Origin: Desulfocapsa sulfexigens DSM 10523 | GTDB taxonomy: Bacteria > Desulfobacterota > Desulfobulbia > Desulfobulbales > Desulfocapsaceae | NCBI RefSeq assembly: GCF_000341395.1 | Contig: NC_020304.1 | Location: 2,160,001 to 2,192,000 of the forward strand | Reading direction: 5' to 3' | DNA length: 32,000 nt | In this document: one piece after another, positions 1-10,646 of the stretch | How the letters are laid out: each line of letters opens with the position of its first letter | How positions within the stretch are numbered: the first letter of the stretch is position 1 | Notes under the pieces: model-generated | The model's database searches: none | What the model was told of the DNA's origin: nothing | The model's input: the letters and a program-made list of their open reading frames with translations, nothing else | Made by a program: the position numbers and the translations under genes

Positions 1-367
1 TATGTAAGGTTCTTGGTTTAGGGCTGCTGAACAGGCTATAGAGTGAGTAGGCTATAAGAAGAATTCCAAGAGTAATACGAATATAGGTTGAACCCACCCG
101 CTTAAGAAGTGTGGATCCAATTATAATACCTGGAACAGCAGCGATGCAGAGCGGAAGGATCTTTTGGATATCGAGGTGTCTGCGCATTTTCAACGAAAGA
201 TAGGTGGTGATTACCAGGCTGTTTAGGATACAGAGAGGGATGGCACCTTTAATGTCGATGACAAGGCTGAGAAGTGGGATAGCTACTAATGCAGATCCAA
301 AACCGGTCACTCCCTGAACAAAACCGGCTAACAAAAAAATGATGCTGATGAGCAATGGGGTGAGCAT
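1..367 (-). CDS. TauE/SafE-family permease, N-terminal part (3' end truncated by window edge)
   Basis: Manual translation of the reverse complement from ATG at 367: MLTPLLISIIFLLAGFVQGVTGFGSALVAIPLLSLVIDIKGAIPLCILNSLVITTYLSLKMRRHLDIQKILPLCIAAVPGIIIGSTLLKRVGSTYIRITLGILLIAYSLYS..., open to the window edge. GFxxGxxGFGxxL..P start is typical of the family. Not in the supplied ORF track because it is truncated. Confidence 0.85.
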   Translation of the reverse strand, partial: MLTPLLISIIFLLAGFVQGVTGFGSALVAIPLLSLVIDIKGAIPLCILNSLVITTYLSLKMRRHLDIQKILPLCIAAVPGIIIGSTLLKRVGSTYIRITLGILLIAYSLYSLFSSPKPRTLH

Positions 368-546
368 ATATATAATTTCCTTGAACAGACGCGCTGTTCT
401 GTATACATTTCTATCAACTAATGGTATTGAAAGCTCTGTCACAATCTTCCGTGAAGATTTGGTGTATCATATACTGCGTTTATTCATTTTTGAGAGAATT
501 TTTTTTTGGGGCAGGCTGACGACTATGAGGTGTGAAATAAAATCAT

Positions 547-2439
547 ATGCGTATTGAGCAAATAAATAAAGAGAATCCATTTCAGGAGGAGTGTAACACA
601 GGACACTTTTTTGTAGGTGGAGGACGCGGAGCCATTTTAAGTGACATTAAAACAGCCCTTCAGAACCAGGTGGATCTTGTTACCTTGATTGGAGAAGAAG
701 GCAGTGGTAAAACCATGCTCTGCAAAATGCTGAAGGAGCAGTGGAAAACCCGTCACAGGATAATTTTCTTACCACGGTTTGTCGAGTCTTTTGAGGATGT
801 TGTTCGAGTAGCCGCACAGGAGTGTGATCTGCAGTATCCTGCTGACACCAACAGGGCAGATGCAAAAAAAATATTCTTGAATCTGGTGGCCGCTTTACGG
901 GCCAAGGGAGAGTCGCTTCTTCTTGTCTGTGATGAAGCCGAGAAGATGTATCTGGCAACACTGGAAAGAATTCGAAAGATTCTTGATGAAGTGAAGGCTG
1001 ATGGTGGAGGTCTGCAATTACTTCTGGCAGGGAGAAAGAGCCTTACGGGAAACCTGGAGCAGCTTGTACTTTGTAATTTTGAAAAAATCTCTGAAAAACA
1101 ATTTTTTCTTTCAGCTCTTGATGACAATGAAACCTGGAGTTATCTGAATTTTTGCGTGCAGGGGCTTCGAGGTGAGGATCAGCAGGAGGTTTTTACCAGA
1201 GAGGCTGCTGCCAAGATTGCCTCAATGGGGAGAGGCAATTTACGGTTAATTAATGTATATGCCGAGGAATCTCTTCAGTCATCGAGTGCAGATACTTCAT
1301 TTCTTGTCCTTCTTGATCATGTGAAAGATGATGGCTCCGGTGTGGAGCTGCTTTCCACTTCCCCCGGTTTTTTATCACAACTTCTTCTGTATCCTAAATA
1401 TCTTATCGGCTGCGGGGTTGTTGCTATTCTGGTGCTGCTTATTTTTCTGTTTACCGGTGGTGATGAAAAAAAGAGTTCTGGATTTACACCTGATAGGCAA
1501 TCTGATCCCGTTATTGCTGCGTCTTCGTCTGAGGTTGTCTCCACTCGGGAATCTTCTGACGCCAAGCAAGAACCAGAAAAGAAGGTGTCAGAACCAGTTG
1601 TTTCCAAAAAGCAAATTGAAACGATAATAACTGAACCTGTTGCAAGGGAACAAGATACAGTCCATCTTCAGAAGATAGAATTAGTAGAGGTTGTACCTCC
1701 AGTCTCTGGTCAATCTCAGGATCTCGAGCAAAGCAGTGTCTCGGTGGCGGTTGTCTCCGAAGAGAAGATCGAGGTGCCTGCGTCAGCGGCCCTGGAAACC
1801 GAAGAGGAGGCTATTCATATTCAGGATGTAGGACCGGTGGCGGTTGTTGCTCCAGTCCTGGATGAGCCTCAGGTTCCCGGACACCGAACTCCGGTGGAAA
1901 TATCTCCTGTGGAAATTGTAGAAAAGTCAGTTCCGTCTGTACCAGAAGTTACCATCTCTGAGCCTGATGTGGAAAATAAAATCACGGTCGACAAGAGGAA
2001 ACGTTTAACCAGTACCCGCATTGAGAGTAACCAGAAAAAAAAGATATATGAAGAACCTGTTGCGTCCCCGGAAGCAACAGCCGTTTCATCTCAATTATTA
2101 AAAGATCCGGTGCTGGCAAGATTTTTTATTGAAGGTGAGAAATGGCTAGCAGGAGATTTTGATTCGAGTTTTAGTATTCAGCTCATGGCTTTGAAGTCTG
2201 ACTTGGCCGAGGAGAACCTCAGGCAAATAGTGTCCCAACCTGACTACCAGGCAATTGCGGATAAGCTGGTTATGCTTGAAAGGCCATCGGATCCCCCAGT
2301 TTTACTGGTTTTCTATGGTATGTATTCAAGCATGTCAGCGGCAAGGAATGCTCGAAACAACATGCCTCTTTTCCTTCGTGACCGTCATCCCTATCCTATC
2401 TCGGTACGTGGGGCTGTGGAAAAGGCTCGTGTGGAATAA
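547..2439 (+). CDS. ExeA/GspA-like AAA ATPase with TM segment, long acidic/Val-Pro-rich linker and C-terminal SPOR domain (DamX-like layout)
   Basis: Walker A GEEGSGKT, Walker B-like LLLVCDEAE; TM segment (LIGCGVVAILVLLIFLF); C-terminal FSIQLMALKSDL...ADKLVMLERP...VLLVFYGMYSSMSAARNARNNMP resembling SPOR. Confidence 0.8.
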   Translation: MRIEQINKENPFQEECNTGHFFVGGGRGAILSDIKTALQNQVDLVTLIGEEGSGKTMLCKMLKEQWKTRHRIIFLPRFVESFEDVVRVAAQECDLQYPADTNRADAKKIFLNLVAALRAKGESLLLVCDEAEKMYLATLERIRKILDEVKADGGGLQLLLAGRKSLTGNLEQLVLCNFEKISEKQFFLSALDDNETWSYLNFCVQGLRGEDQQEVFTREAAAKIASMGRGNLRLINVYAEESLQSSSADTSFLVLLDHVKDDGSGVELLSTSPGFLSQLLLYPKYLIGCGVVAILVLLIFLFTGGDEKKSSGFTPDRQSDPVIAASSSEVVSTRESSDAKQEPEKKVSEPVVSKKQIETIITEPVAREQDTVHLQKIELVEVVPPVSGQSQDLEQSSVSVAVVSEEKIEVPASAALETEEEAIHIQDVGPVAVVAPVLDEPQVPGHRTPVEISPVEIVEKSVPSVPEVTISEPDVENKITVDKRKRLTSTRIESNQKKKIYEEPVASPEATAVSSQLLKDPVLARFFIEGEKWLAGDFDSSFSIQLMALKSDLAEENLRQIVSQPDYQAIADKLVMLERPSDPPVLLVFYGMYSSMSAARNARNNMPLFLRDRHPYPISVRGAVEKARVE

Positions 2440-2510
2440 TTCGCTTTACCTTGCGAACAGACAGGACTTGTTTGTGTAATAAGGTTCCATGAGCGGGGTG
2501 ATGGCAGGAC

Positions 2511-2548
2511 AAAAAAAAGACACTTAAGGAAAACTTCCCTAAGTGTCT
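2511..2548 (-). terminator. Rho-independent terminator downstream of tRNA-Ala (minus strand)
   Basis: Inverted repeat AGACACTTA(a)GGAA-AAC-TTCC(c)TAAGTGTCT at 2518-2548 with an A8 tract at 2511-2518 that reads as a U-tract on the minus strand. Confidence 0.75.
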
Positions 2549-2556
2549 AATATCTT

Positions 2557-2632
2557 TGGTGGAGCTGAGGGGGATCGAACCCCTGACCTCATGACTGCCA
2601 GTCATGCGCTCTCCCAGCTGAGCTACAGCCCC
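2557..2632 (-). tRNA. tRNA-Ala (anticodon GGC), CCA encoded
   Basis: Reverse complement GGGGCUGUAGCUCAGCUGGGAGAGCGCAUGACUGGCAGUCAUGAGGUCAGGGGUUCGAUCCCCCUCAGCUCCACCA folds into a cloverleaf; loop CUGGCAG gives anticodon GGC; the G3:U70 pair is the alanine identity element. Confidence 0.97.
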
Positions 2633-2903
2633 ACAATTTGCCTTATTCGAGCATACGTGTGCTTCTTTACCAACCTTTTTGAGAGGTGTCAACTTTTTTC
2701 AAATGCTTTCTTCGAAAGCAAAAGCCCATATTTCTTGAAAAGCGTGAAGACTTTTGGTAGAATTGAAAACTTGATGTGTCGATTGTATCGGAGGTTTTTG
2801 TAGCTGCTGTTCCGGTCTCTGGATTAACACTTCTGTGGAGTCGGTTTTCCCAGTTTATTGGATTTAAACATTACAAGAAAAGCACCTGTTGGGTGCTAGA
2901 TAA

Positions 2904-3953
<1,050 letters not shown>

Positions 3954-4018
3954 GAATAGTAACGTTCCCTTGAGGTGAAGTTGGAAGAGTGCTGCTCTTA
4001 TCTGGTGGCCAGGTATCG

Positions 4019-4927
4019 ATGATTGTTTGGAGTAGATCCGTGCGAAAAAAGAGCAATGACAGGAAGAAGACAGCTCGTTCCAGGGGGCCTCGTCTTTTTC
4101 TGCTCTTTGTTCTCTTTGTTGGTCTGCTTTTTACCCTTCTTACTTCTGCCACCGGGCGTCGTTTCGGTGTTTTCCATCAAGTTACCCTGGAAGCTTTAGG
4201 TCCACTTCAAAGTCTTTTTACCAACATTTCCATTGGTAGCATTCGACTGAAAGATAGATACATTTCTCTCTGGAATCTTCAGAAAGAAAATGATTCACTG
4301 CGAAAAGAACTGGATACCTACCATGCTCTTCTTGATGAATATCGTGAAGCGTATTCCAGGAATCGATTTTTGGAAACGGAACTCAAATTCAAAAAAGAGG
4401 AGACCTTTCCTGCCCTCATGGCGCGAGTAGTTGGGAAAGATCCTTCTTTCTGGTTTCAGACCCTTATTGTAGATCGTGGAAAAAATGATGGCGTAGTAAC
4501 TGGAATGGTAGCCAGGAATTCTCAGGGGGTGGTGGGGCAGGTGGTACAGGTCTCTGATAATTACTCTAAAATACTTCTTGCCAACGCGCCGTCGAGTGCC
4601 ATTGATGCCATTGTCCAGAAAAACAGGGTGCGGGGTATCCTTAAAGGAGCAGGTGAGCAGGGCTATATTCTTCAGTATGTTTTGAAAAATGGAGAAGTTG
4701 AGGAAGGTGATATTATCGTTACTGCTGGTATCGGTGGGGTGTTTCCTCCGGGGATTACCCTTGGAACAGTTTCAGCGGTACGATCCAAACGGCGCGGAAT
4801 GTTTCTGGAGATTGAAGTGCAACCGGCTGTTGATTTTGCCCGCCTGGAATTTTTGTACATTAATTTGTCTGAAGAACAATTAGTTATTGACGAGATGAGC
4901 AGTTCACTTTCTTCTCAGGGAGAGTGA
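4019..4927 (+). CDS. mreC: Rod shape-determining protein MreC
   Basis: N-terminal TM, coiled-coil (LQKENDSLRKELDTYHALLDEY), MARVVGKDPSFWFQTLIVDRGKNDGV...GMVARNSQGVVGQV; follows mreB. The track ORF opens at 3989 (GTG); the start is uncertain. Confidence 0.92.
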   Translation: MIVWSRSVRKKSNDRKKTARSRGPRLFLLFVLFVGLLFTLLTSATGRRFGVFHQVTLEALGPLQSLFTNISIGSIRLKDRYISLWNLQKENDSLRKELDTYHALLDEYREAYSRNRFLETELKFKKEETFPALMARVVGKDPSFWFQTLIVDRGKNDGVVTGMVARNSQGVVGQVVQVSDNYSKILLANAPSSAIDAIVQKNRVRGILKGAGEQGYILQYVLKNGEVEEGDIIVTAGIGGVFPPGITLGTVSAVRSKRRGMFLEIEVQPAVDFARLEFLYINLSEEQLVIDEMSSSLSSQGE

Positions 4928-4930
4928 AAA

Positions 4931-5464
4931 ATGGTCACTCTCAGTTTTCTTCTGTTAGGTTTTGTCCTTGTCGCAGTCCAGACTACTTTTTTTCATCAAT
5001 TCCCGCATTGGCTTGGCAGGCCAGATCTGGTTTTTATTCTCCTTGTCTTTTCAGCTTACAGATTTAGCTGGTTGCCAGGTTTACTGCTTGCTATTCTACT
5101 TGGATGGTTGATGGATGTAACATCAGGTGTGTATCTTGGAACCTATCTACTTCTGGTGTTACTTGTTTTTTCTATTGTTAAGTTTCTCAGTCAAAACAGT
5201 GCTGTCAAAGAAACGGTATTTCAGATTCCACTGGTTGGTGGCAGTTATTTTTGCGCACAGTGTTTTTTTTATCTCTTTTTTGCTTTTGCCCAGCCCGGAG
5301 CTCTTCCCCCATGGTCCTGGACACGAGTAATACAGGAAACACTTATTCTCCTGGTTGCCTCTATCCCATGCTTTGTCTTCTTTAACTGGTTCTATGAAAA
5401 ACTCACCACTCGACGTCTTGCATCCAGGCAGCTGAAGCGTGGTGGTGTAAACAGGTTTCGGTAA
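4931..5464 (+). CDS. mreD: Rod shape-determining protein MreD
   Basis: About 177-aa polytopic membrane protein (FLLLGFVLVAVQTTFF...RPDLVFILLVFSAY...GLLLAILLGWLMDVTSG) between mreC and PBP2. Confidence 0.9.
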   Translation: MVTLSFLLLGFVLVAVQTTFFHQFPHWLGRPDLVFILLVFSAYRFSWLPGLLLAILLGWLMDVTSGVYLGTYLLLVLLVFSIVKFLSQNSAVKETVFQIPLVGGSYFCAQCFFYLFFAFAQPGALPPWSWTRVIQETLILLVASIPCFVFFNWFYEKLTTRRLASRQLKRGGVNRFR

Positions 5465-5472
5465 ATAAAAAG

Positions 5473-7377
5473 ATGAAGTGGTCAGGATATAATAATCTTG
5501 AAGAATTGACGGAATATGATGATGCCGATCTCGACTTCCTGAAACGCAGGATAGTGTTTGCGGGGCTTATTGTCCTTTGCTTTGCCGCCATAATTATTGC
5601 ACGGCTATGGTTTCTTCAGGTTCATAAGGGGGATGAATACAGAGATAGAGCCGATAATAATCGGGTTCGAGTGCGAGAGGTTGCAGCGCCACGCGGTAAT
5701 ATTTTCGACGCAAAGAATCGAAAAATGGTCACTAACAGGCCATCTTTTAATGTGGTTCTTGTCCGTGAAGATTCTAATGATGTTGATAAGCTGCTTAAAA
5801 AACTAGCTACTGCCCTTGATCTTGATATTTCTATGCTCTGGGAAAAATTGCGCGATGCCAGTACTAAACCGCGCCATATCCCGGTGCGTCTTCTTGTTGA
5901 TGTGGATTGGCAAACCCTTGCCTATGTTGAAAATCATAATCAGGAATTTCCAGGTATTCGTATCGAAACCACCCCTGCCCGTGTCTATCATTATGAAAAC
6001 CTTGCTGCCCATGCCATTGGTTATCTTGGTGAAATTTCCAAAAAGGAACTTGCAGCGCGTGATAGTGATATTTATACAGGGGGAGATCTTATAGGGAAAA
6101 TGGGCCTGGAGCGTCTTCGGGAGACTGATTTACGAGGTGAAAAAGGAAGCAGTTCGTCGGAAGTAAATGCCAGAGGTTTTGAGCAGCAACTCCTTAAAAG
6201 TATTGAGCCTTTACCTGGAAATGATATCCAGCTGACAATCGATGCCGAACTACAAAAGGTAGCTGAAGATTTGATGGATAGTGGCGGTAAGGCCGGAGCT
6301 GTGGTGGCAATGGAAGTAAAAACCGGCAGAATGCTGGCCCTGGCATCAAACCCGGTACTTCCCTTGAACCAGTTTGTCGGAGGGATTTCCCATAAAAACT
6401 GGAACGCCTTGCTTGATAACGAAAAACATCCCCTTATTAATAAAGTTGTACAAGCGATGTATCCTCCCGGTTCCACTTATAAGATGATAACTGCCATGGC
6501 AGGGCTCAGTACCGGAGTGATTGACAAGGATACAGTCTTTTATTGTCCAGGGTTTTATACCTTTGGGAATAGGCGGTATCATTGCTGGAAGCATAGCGGG
6601 CATGGTGCCGTGAACCTCAAACGTGCAATTTCTGAGTCCTGTGATGTCTATTTTTATCAGGTCGGTCTGCGAGTTGGTGTGGATAAACTTGCAGAGTTTG
6701 CAAACAAGTTCGGGCTTGGCCATAAATCTGGTATTGAATTGGAGCACGAAAAAAGTGGCCTTACACCGACCAAAGAATGGAAGAGGAAAAAATATGGTCA
6801 AAAATGGCAGGATGGAGAGACCCTGTCCGTTGCAATTGGTCAGGGGTTTAATCTGGTGACACCGTTGCAGATCTGTTTGATGACGGCAACCATTGCTAAT
6901 GGTGGTAAACAATATCTTCCACAGATAATAGAAAAAGTAACCGACCCAGATGGCAAAATTATTGAGCAGTTTGAACCCGTGGTGGTAACGGAGATGACTG
7001 GGGATGAGCAGTTTCTCCCGCTGATTCGCGAAGGAATGGAAGAGGTTATTCAGGGGCGACGTGGGACAGCGCGCCAGGTAAGAATTAAGGGATTGACCAT
7101 TGGTGGAAAAACGGGAACAGCTCAGGTGGTTCGCTTGAAGGAATACAAGCATTTAAAAGAGGAAGATATTCCTTATAAGTTTCGTGATCATGCCTGGTTT
7201 ACCTGTTATGCCCCTGCTGAAGATCCAGAGATTGCAGTTACGGTACTTGTTGAACATGGCCTGCACGGTGGGTCTGGAGCTGGGCCAGTGGCTCGGGCTA
7301 TCCTCGAAGCATATTTCTCTGGATACTTGCAACTTCACGAAGAGACAGAAAAAGCGGCTAAAGAGGAAGAAGAATAA
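5473..7377 (+). CDS. mrdA: Penicillin-binding protein 2 (peptidoglycan D,D-transpeptidase)
   Basis: Transpeptidase motifs YPPGSTYKM (SxxK), SCDVYFYQ (SxN-equivalent), KTGTAQV (KTG); N-terminal dimerisation region; mre operon context. Confidence 0.96.
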   Translation: MKWSGYNNLEELTEYDDADLDFLKRRIVFAGLIVLCFAAIIIARLWFLQVHKGDEYRDRADNNRVRVREVAAPRGNIFDAKNRKMVTNRPSFNVVLVREDSNDVDKLLKKLATALDLDISMLWEKLRDASTKPRHIPVRLLVDVDWQTLAYVENHNQEFPGIRIETTPARVYHYENLAAHAIGYLGEISKKELAARDSDIYTGGDLIGKMGLERLRETDLRGEKGSSSSEVNARGFEQQLLKSIEPLPGNDIQLTIDAELQKVAEDLMDSGGKAGAVVAMEVKTGRMLALASNPVLPLNQFVGGISHKNWNALLDNEKHPLINKVVQAMYPPGSTYKMITAMAGLSTGVIDKDTVFYCPGFYTFGNRRYHCWKHSGHGAVNLKRAISESCDVYFYQVGLRVGVDKLAEFANKFGLGHKSGIELEHEKSGLTPTKEWKRKKYGQKWQDGETLSVAIGQGFNLVTPLQICLMTATIANGGKQYLPQIIEKVTDPDGKIIEQFEPVVVTEMTGDEQFLPLIREGMEEVIQGRRGTARQVRIKGLTIGGKTGTAQVVRLKEYKHLKEEDIPYKFRDHAWFTCYAPAEDPEIAVTVLVEHGLHGGSGAGPVARAILEAYFSGYLQLHEETEKAAKEEEE

Positions 7378-7402
7378 GAAGAAATGAGAAGGGAATGAAT
7401 AT

Positions 7403-8548
7403 GTGTCGAGGAAAGCAATGTTTCGTATAGACAGACGGTTTTTTCAGAATTTTGACTGGATTCTTCTGTTATTGTTGCTTGGGGTTGCTGGTATGGCCCT
7501 AATGAATCTCTATAGTGCTTCCTATCCACCATCCCCCTGGGGCATGCCTCCGTTTGTAAAACAATGCTATCTTTTTCTTTTTGGGATGCTGTGTATTCTT
7601 TTTATCCTCTTTTTTGATTACCGTGAACTTCATTTCTGGAATTATCCTTTTTATGTTTTGATTATTATCTTGCTCTTGCTGGTTCTTTTTGTTGGAAACA
7701 GTGCTGGTGGCGCCCAGCGTTGGATTAATCTCGGTTTTTTTCGATTGCAACCCTCTGAGCTTGCTAAATTGATGCTGGTTGTGACGCTTGCCAGTTATTA
7801 TTCACGTAAGGAACAGACGGAGGGCTACGGGATCAGGGATATGATTACACCCGTACTCTTAACTCTTCTTCCGTTTCTTTTAATTATGAAACAGCCAGAT
7901 CTTGGCACAGCGCTCATGCTCGGTATTATTTTTGTATCAATGACAGTCTTTGCCAAAATACGTTTACAGACCTATGGACTTGGACTGGTACTTGGTGGGG
8001 CGGCAGGAGTTTTTGCCTGGTTTTTTCTCCTCAGGGATTATCAGAAACGGAGGATTGAAACTCTGCTAAACCCTGCTAAAGACCCTATGGGACAGGGGTA
8101 TCAGATTCTCCAATCCAAGATTGCAGTGGGTAGTGGTGGCGTCGGGGGAAAGGGGTACCTTGAAGGGACACAGGGGCATCTTCATTTTCTCCCAGAGCGT
8201 CATACCGATTTTGCCTTCTCTGTCTGGGGGGAAGAGTGGGGGTTCGCTGGGAGTCTCTTTTTTTTAGGTGTCTATTTCACCATGCTTTTTTGGGGACTTT
8301 ACGTGGCGATGACTGCTCGTGATCGTTTTGGGGTTTTCCTGTCTTTTGGTGTGGTCATGTTGATTTTCTGGCAGGCTGTGATCAATCTTTTGATGATTCT
8401 CGGTTTTCTTCCAGTGGTTGGGATTCCCTTGCCACTGGTAAGTTATGGCGGCTCTTCTCTGCTGACAACTCTTTTAGGCCTGGGAATCCTGATGAATGTG
8501 AGGATGCGTCGTTTCCAGACGGGGCAGAATGCAGATAAGATGAAGTGA
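7403..8548 (+). CDS. rodA: Rod shape-determining protein RodA (SEDS glycosyltransferase)
   Basis: SEDS motifs GGAQRWINLGFFRLQPSELAKL, KQPDLGTALML, PLPLVSYGGSSLLTTLLGLGILMNV; the start could be ATG 7418. Confidence 0.96.
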   Translation: MSRKAMFRIDRRFFQNFDWILLLLLLGVAGMALMNLYSASYPPSPWGMPPFVKQCYLFLFGMLCILFILFFDYRELHFWNYPFYVLIIILLLLVLFVGNSAGGAQRWINLGFFRLQPSELAKLMLVVTLASYYSRKEQTEGYGIRDMITPVLLTLLPFLLIMKQPDLGTALMLGIIFVSMTVFAKIRLQTYGLGLVLGGAAGVFAWFFLLRDYQKRRIETLLNPAKDPMGQGYQILQSKIAVGSGGVGGKGYLEGTQGHLHFLPERHTDFAFSVWGEEWGFAGSLFFLGVYFTMLFWGLYVAMTARDRFGVFLSFGVVMLIFWQAVINLLMILGFLPVVGIPLPLVSYGGSSLLTTLLGLGILMNVRMRRFQTGQNADKMK

Positions 8549-8624
8549 AAGAACCATAGGCTGTTTTTTTCAGTATTGGGTTACGAGAACAAATTGGAAA
8601 TTTCTCCAGATATAAGGTGATGCA

Positions 8625-9137
8625 ATGGAAAATAGCAAAAAGTCGAAGGTGGAACACTTGTTTTTAAAAACACTGGATGCGATAAGGATTGTAGCTGTTA
8701 GTGCTGCATTTTTCTTTGGTTATCAGGTGGGATATGCCAATGGCTATGACCCCATCGCTCAATTGCACATTATGATCCCTGTTGTTATTGTTGCCATAGC
8801 TGGACTATCCGGGATAGAAGGGCTTTTATTTGGAAAAGAATCAGCAAAGCTCAAAGGATTTAATGGGGATGGAAACTACCAGAGGCAGTCTGCCATAGCT
8901 TTACTCTCGTATGCTGCTATCTCAATTTTCGTTTATTTCAGTAATTGGGGCATTAAGGCAGAGCTAACGATTCTCTTTACCTTTATTTTCTTTTTCTTTT
9001 TTTCCGGGATAAACCATGGAGTGGATGCGCTGCGAAGAAAGAATTACAAATGGCAAAACATCAATCGTCCATTTATTACCCTTCTTCTGATTGCTGGTTT
9101 GATTTTCCCAGTTTATAAAGCATTACAGACTTTATAG
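8625..9137 (+). CDS. Conserved-looking polytopic membrane protein of unknown function
   Basis: 170-aa ORF with several hydrophobic segments (VIVAIAGLSGIEGLLF, LTILFTFIFFFFFSG, FITLLLIAGLIFPVY). Confidence 0.6.
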   Translation: MENSKKSKVEHLFLKTLDAIRIVAVSAAFFFGYQVGYANGYDPIAQLHIMIPVVIVAIAGLSGIEGLLFGKESAKLKGFNGDGNYQRQSAIALLSYAAISIFVYFSNWGIKAELTILFTFIFFFFFSGINHGVDALRRKNYKWQNINRPFITLLLIAGLIFPVYKALQTL

Positions 9138-9331
9138 AAAAAAAATCTATGACCCGACGATCGATTCCTGAAGCCCAGAAAACATATCGAATGGGAAGGG
9201 AAAGGCTGCTGTATAGCTGTCTTTTATATAGTTGTGTGAACCTTGGCTTGGGATTTTTCCTGTCGATGATCTTTTCATCTTAAAACAGGTGTGTTAAGCC
9301 CGTCAAATTCAGTTCATTTGGGTTTGGCCTG

Positions 9332-9517
9332 ATGGGAATTGTTGGCTCAATTTTTGGTGTTTTTGTCGGCATTGTTTCATTTACTGGCAGGTTCGGTGAG
9401 GTTGAGAAAAGAGTTCAATATCTCTATCCAATTGGATTGGCAGGTTTTCTTGTTCCAACTCTCTTTGTCTTGTATACAATCAGGCACTTCTTTTTTAGTG
9501 GCAGCGGAACCTGGTAG
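9332..9517 (+). CDS. Possible small two-TM membrane protein
   Basis: 61-aa ORF MGIVGSIFGVFVGIVSFTGRFGEVEKRVQYLYPIGLAGFLVPTLFVLYTIRHFFFSG with two hydrophobic segments; no obvious Shine-Dalgarno. Confidence 0.3.
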   Translation: MGIVGSIFGVFVGIVSFTGRFGEVEKRVQYLYPIGLAGFLVPTLFVLYTIRHFFFSGSGTW

Positions 9518-9538
9518 TGATTACGAGAAGTTGGCGTC

Positions 9539-10582
9539 TTATTCAATTTCGACTCTATCTGTCAGTTTTTCACAAGAAACGATTTTCATCTCTTTTTCGA
9601 GAGCGGAAATTTGATCAGGTCTTCCAAGAACGATGAGTACATCTCCGGCGAGAAGAATACTGTCAGATGTGGGGTTAAAACTCATACCTTCTCCAGTTCG
9701 TTTAATGGCAATAACAATAATGTTGTATTTTTGCCGTAAATTCGACTCGATAAGAGTTTTGCCATTTATAAATGCATTTTCTGTGACCAGCATCTCATCG
9801 AGACGCAATCCCATATCACGGGTATATATAGCCAGGTCAATGAAGTCAGTGACATTAGGACGCAGCATAGCCTGGGCCATTCTACGGCCACCAATAAAAT
9901 AGGGGGAAATAACCTTATCAGCACCTGCTCGTCTTAATTTTGTTTCTGCACCTGTCGCCCCACTGGACCGGGCCAGTACCACGATTTTCGGGTTGATTCC
10001 TTTGGCAGTAAGAGTAATAAACACATTATCCGCATCTGAGGAGACAACAGCGATTAATGCCAAAGCTCGTTCTATCCCAGCTTTCTGTAGGGTGTCATCC
10101 TGTGATGCCTCTCCCTCCAATACAACATACTCTTTGGATAAAATCTTCTGGATTTCATCTGGATTCTTTTCAATAACAACGAATGGTTTGTTGCTTTCTT
10201 GCAATACCTGACAAATAACGCTGCCGATACGTCCATGCCCGCAGATAATGTAGTGATTATCCAATCTATTGAGTTGTTTTATCATTTGACGTTTCCCCAG
10301 GATTTCACGTAGGCCTCCTTCGACCATGGCTTCAACAATTTTAGTGAACATATACATAACAAAACTCACCCCAACCAGCACCAGTACTACGGTCAATAGT
10401 TTACCGGCAGGATGGTGCGGAACCATATCACCATAGCCAACGGTGGCCACAGTAATAATAGTCAGATAGAGTGCATCTGTAAAAGGATACCCCTCCAGAT
10501 ACATATATCCCAGAGTTCCCCCTGTGAGAATAAAAGTGAACCCAGAGAACAATAAGGTTACTTTTTTAGTTACTTCGCTCAT
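9539..10582 (-). CDS. Two-TM potassium channel with RCK domains (TrkA-N and TrkA-C)
   Basis: Pore/selectivity filter TIITVATVGYGDMVP; NAD-binding Rossmann HYIICGHGRIGSVICQVLQ; C-terminal TrkA-C-like region. Confidence 0.93.
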   Translation of the reverse strand: MSEVTKKVTLLFSGFTFILTGGTLGYMYLEGYPFTDALYLTIITVATVGYGDMVPHHPAGKLLTVVLVLVGVSFVMYMFTKIVEAMVEGGLREILGKRQMIKQLNRLDNHYIICGHGRIGSVICQVLQESNKPFVVIEKNPDEIQKILSKEYVVLEGEASQDDTLQKAGIERALALIAVVSSDADNVFITLTAKGINPKIVVLARSSGATGAETKLRRAGADKVISPYFIGGRRMAQAMLRPNVTDFIDLAIYTRDMGLRLDEMLVTENAFINGKTLIESNLRQKYNIIVIAIKRTGEGMSFNPTSDSILLAGDVLIVLGRPDQISALEKEMKIVSCEKLTDRVEIE

Positions 10583-10646
10583 TTGCTTTTAGTCTTTCTC
10601 CCCTTAGTATTTTTAGGATAAAAAACAATTTGGTATCAATTCACTG

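Noticed and set aside
339-557. 72-aa plus-strand ORF
   Set aside because: Overlaps the start of the truncated TauE/SafE gene and the start of the AAA-SPOR gene; no family signal.
6346-7152. 268-aa minus-strand ORF
   Set aside because: Antisense within the PBP2 gene, whose transpeptidase motifs are clearly on the plus strand.
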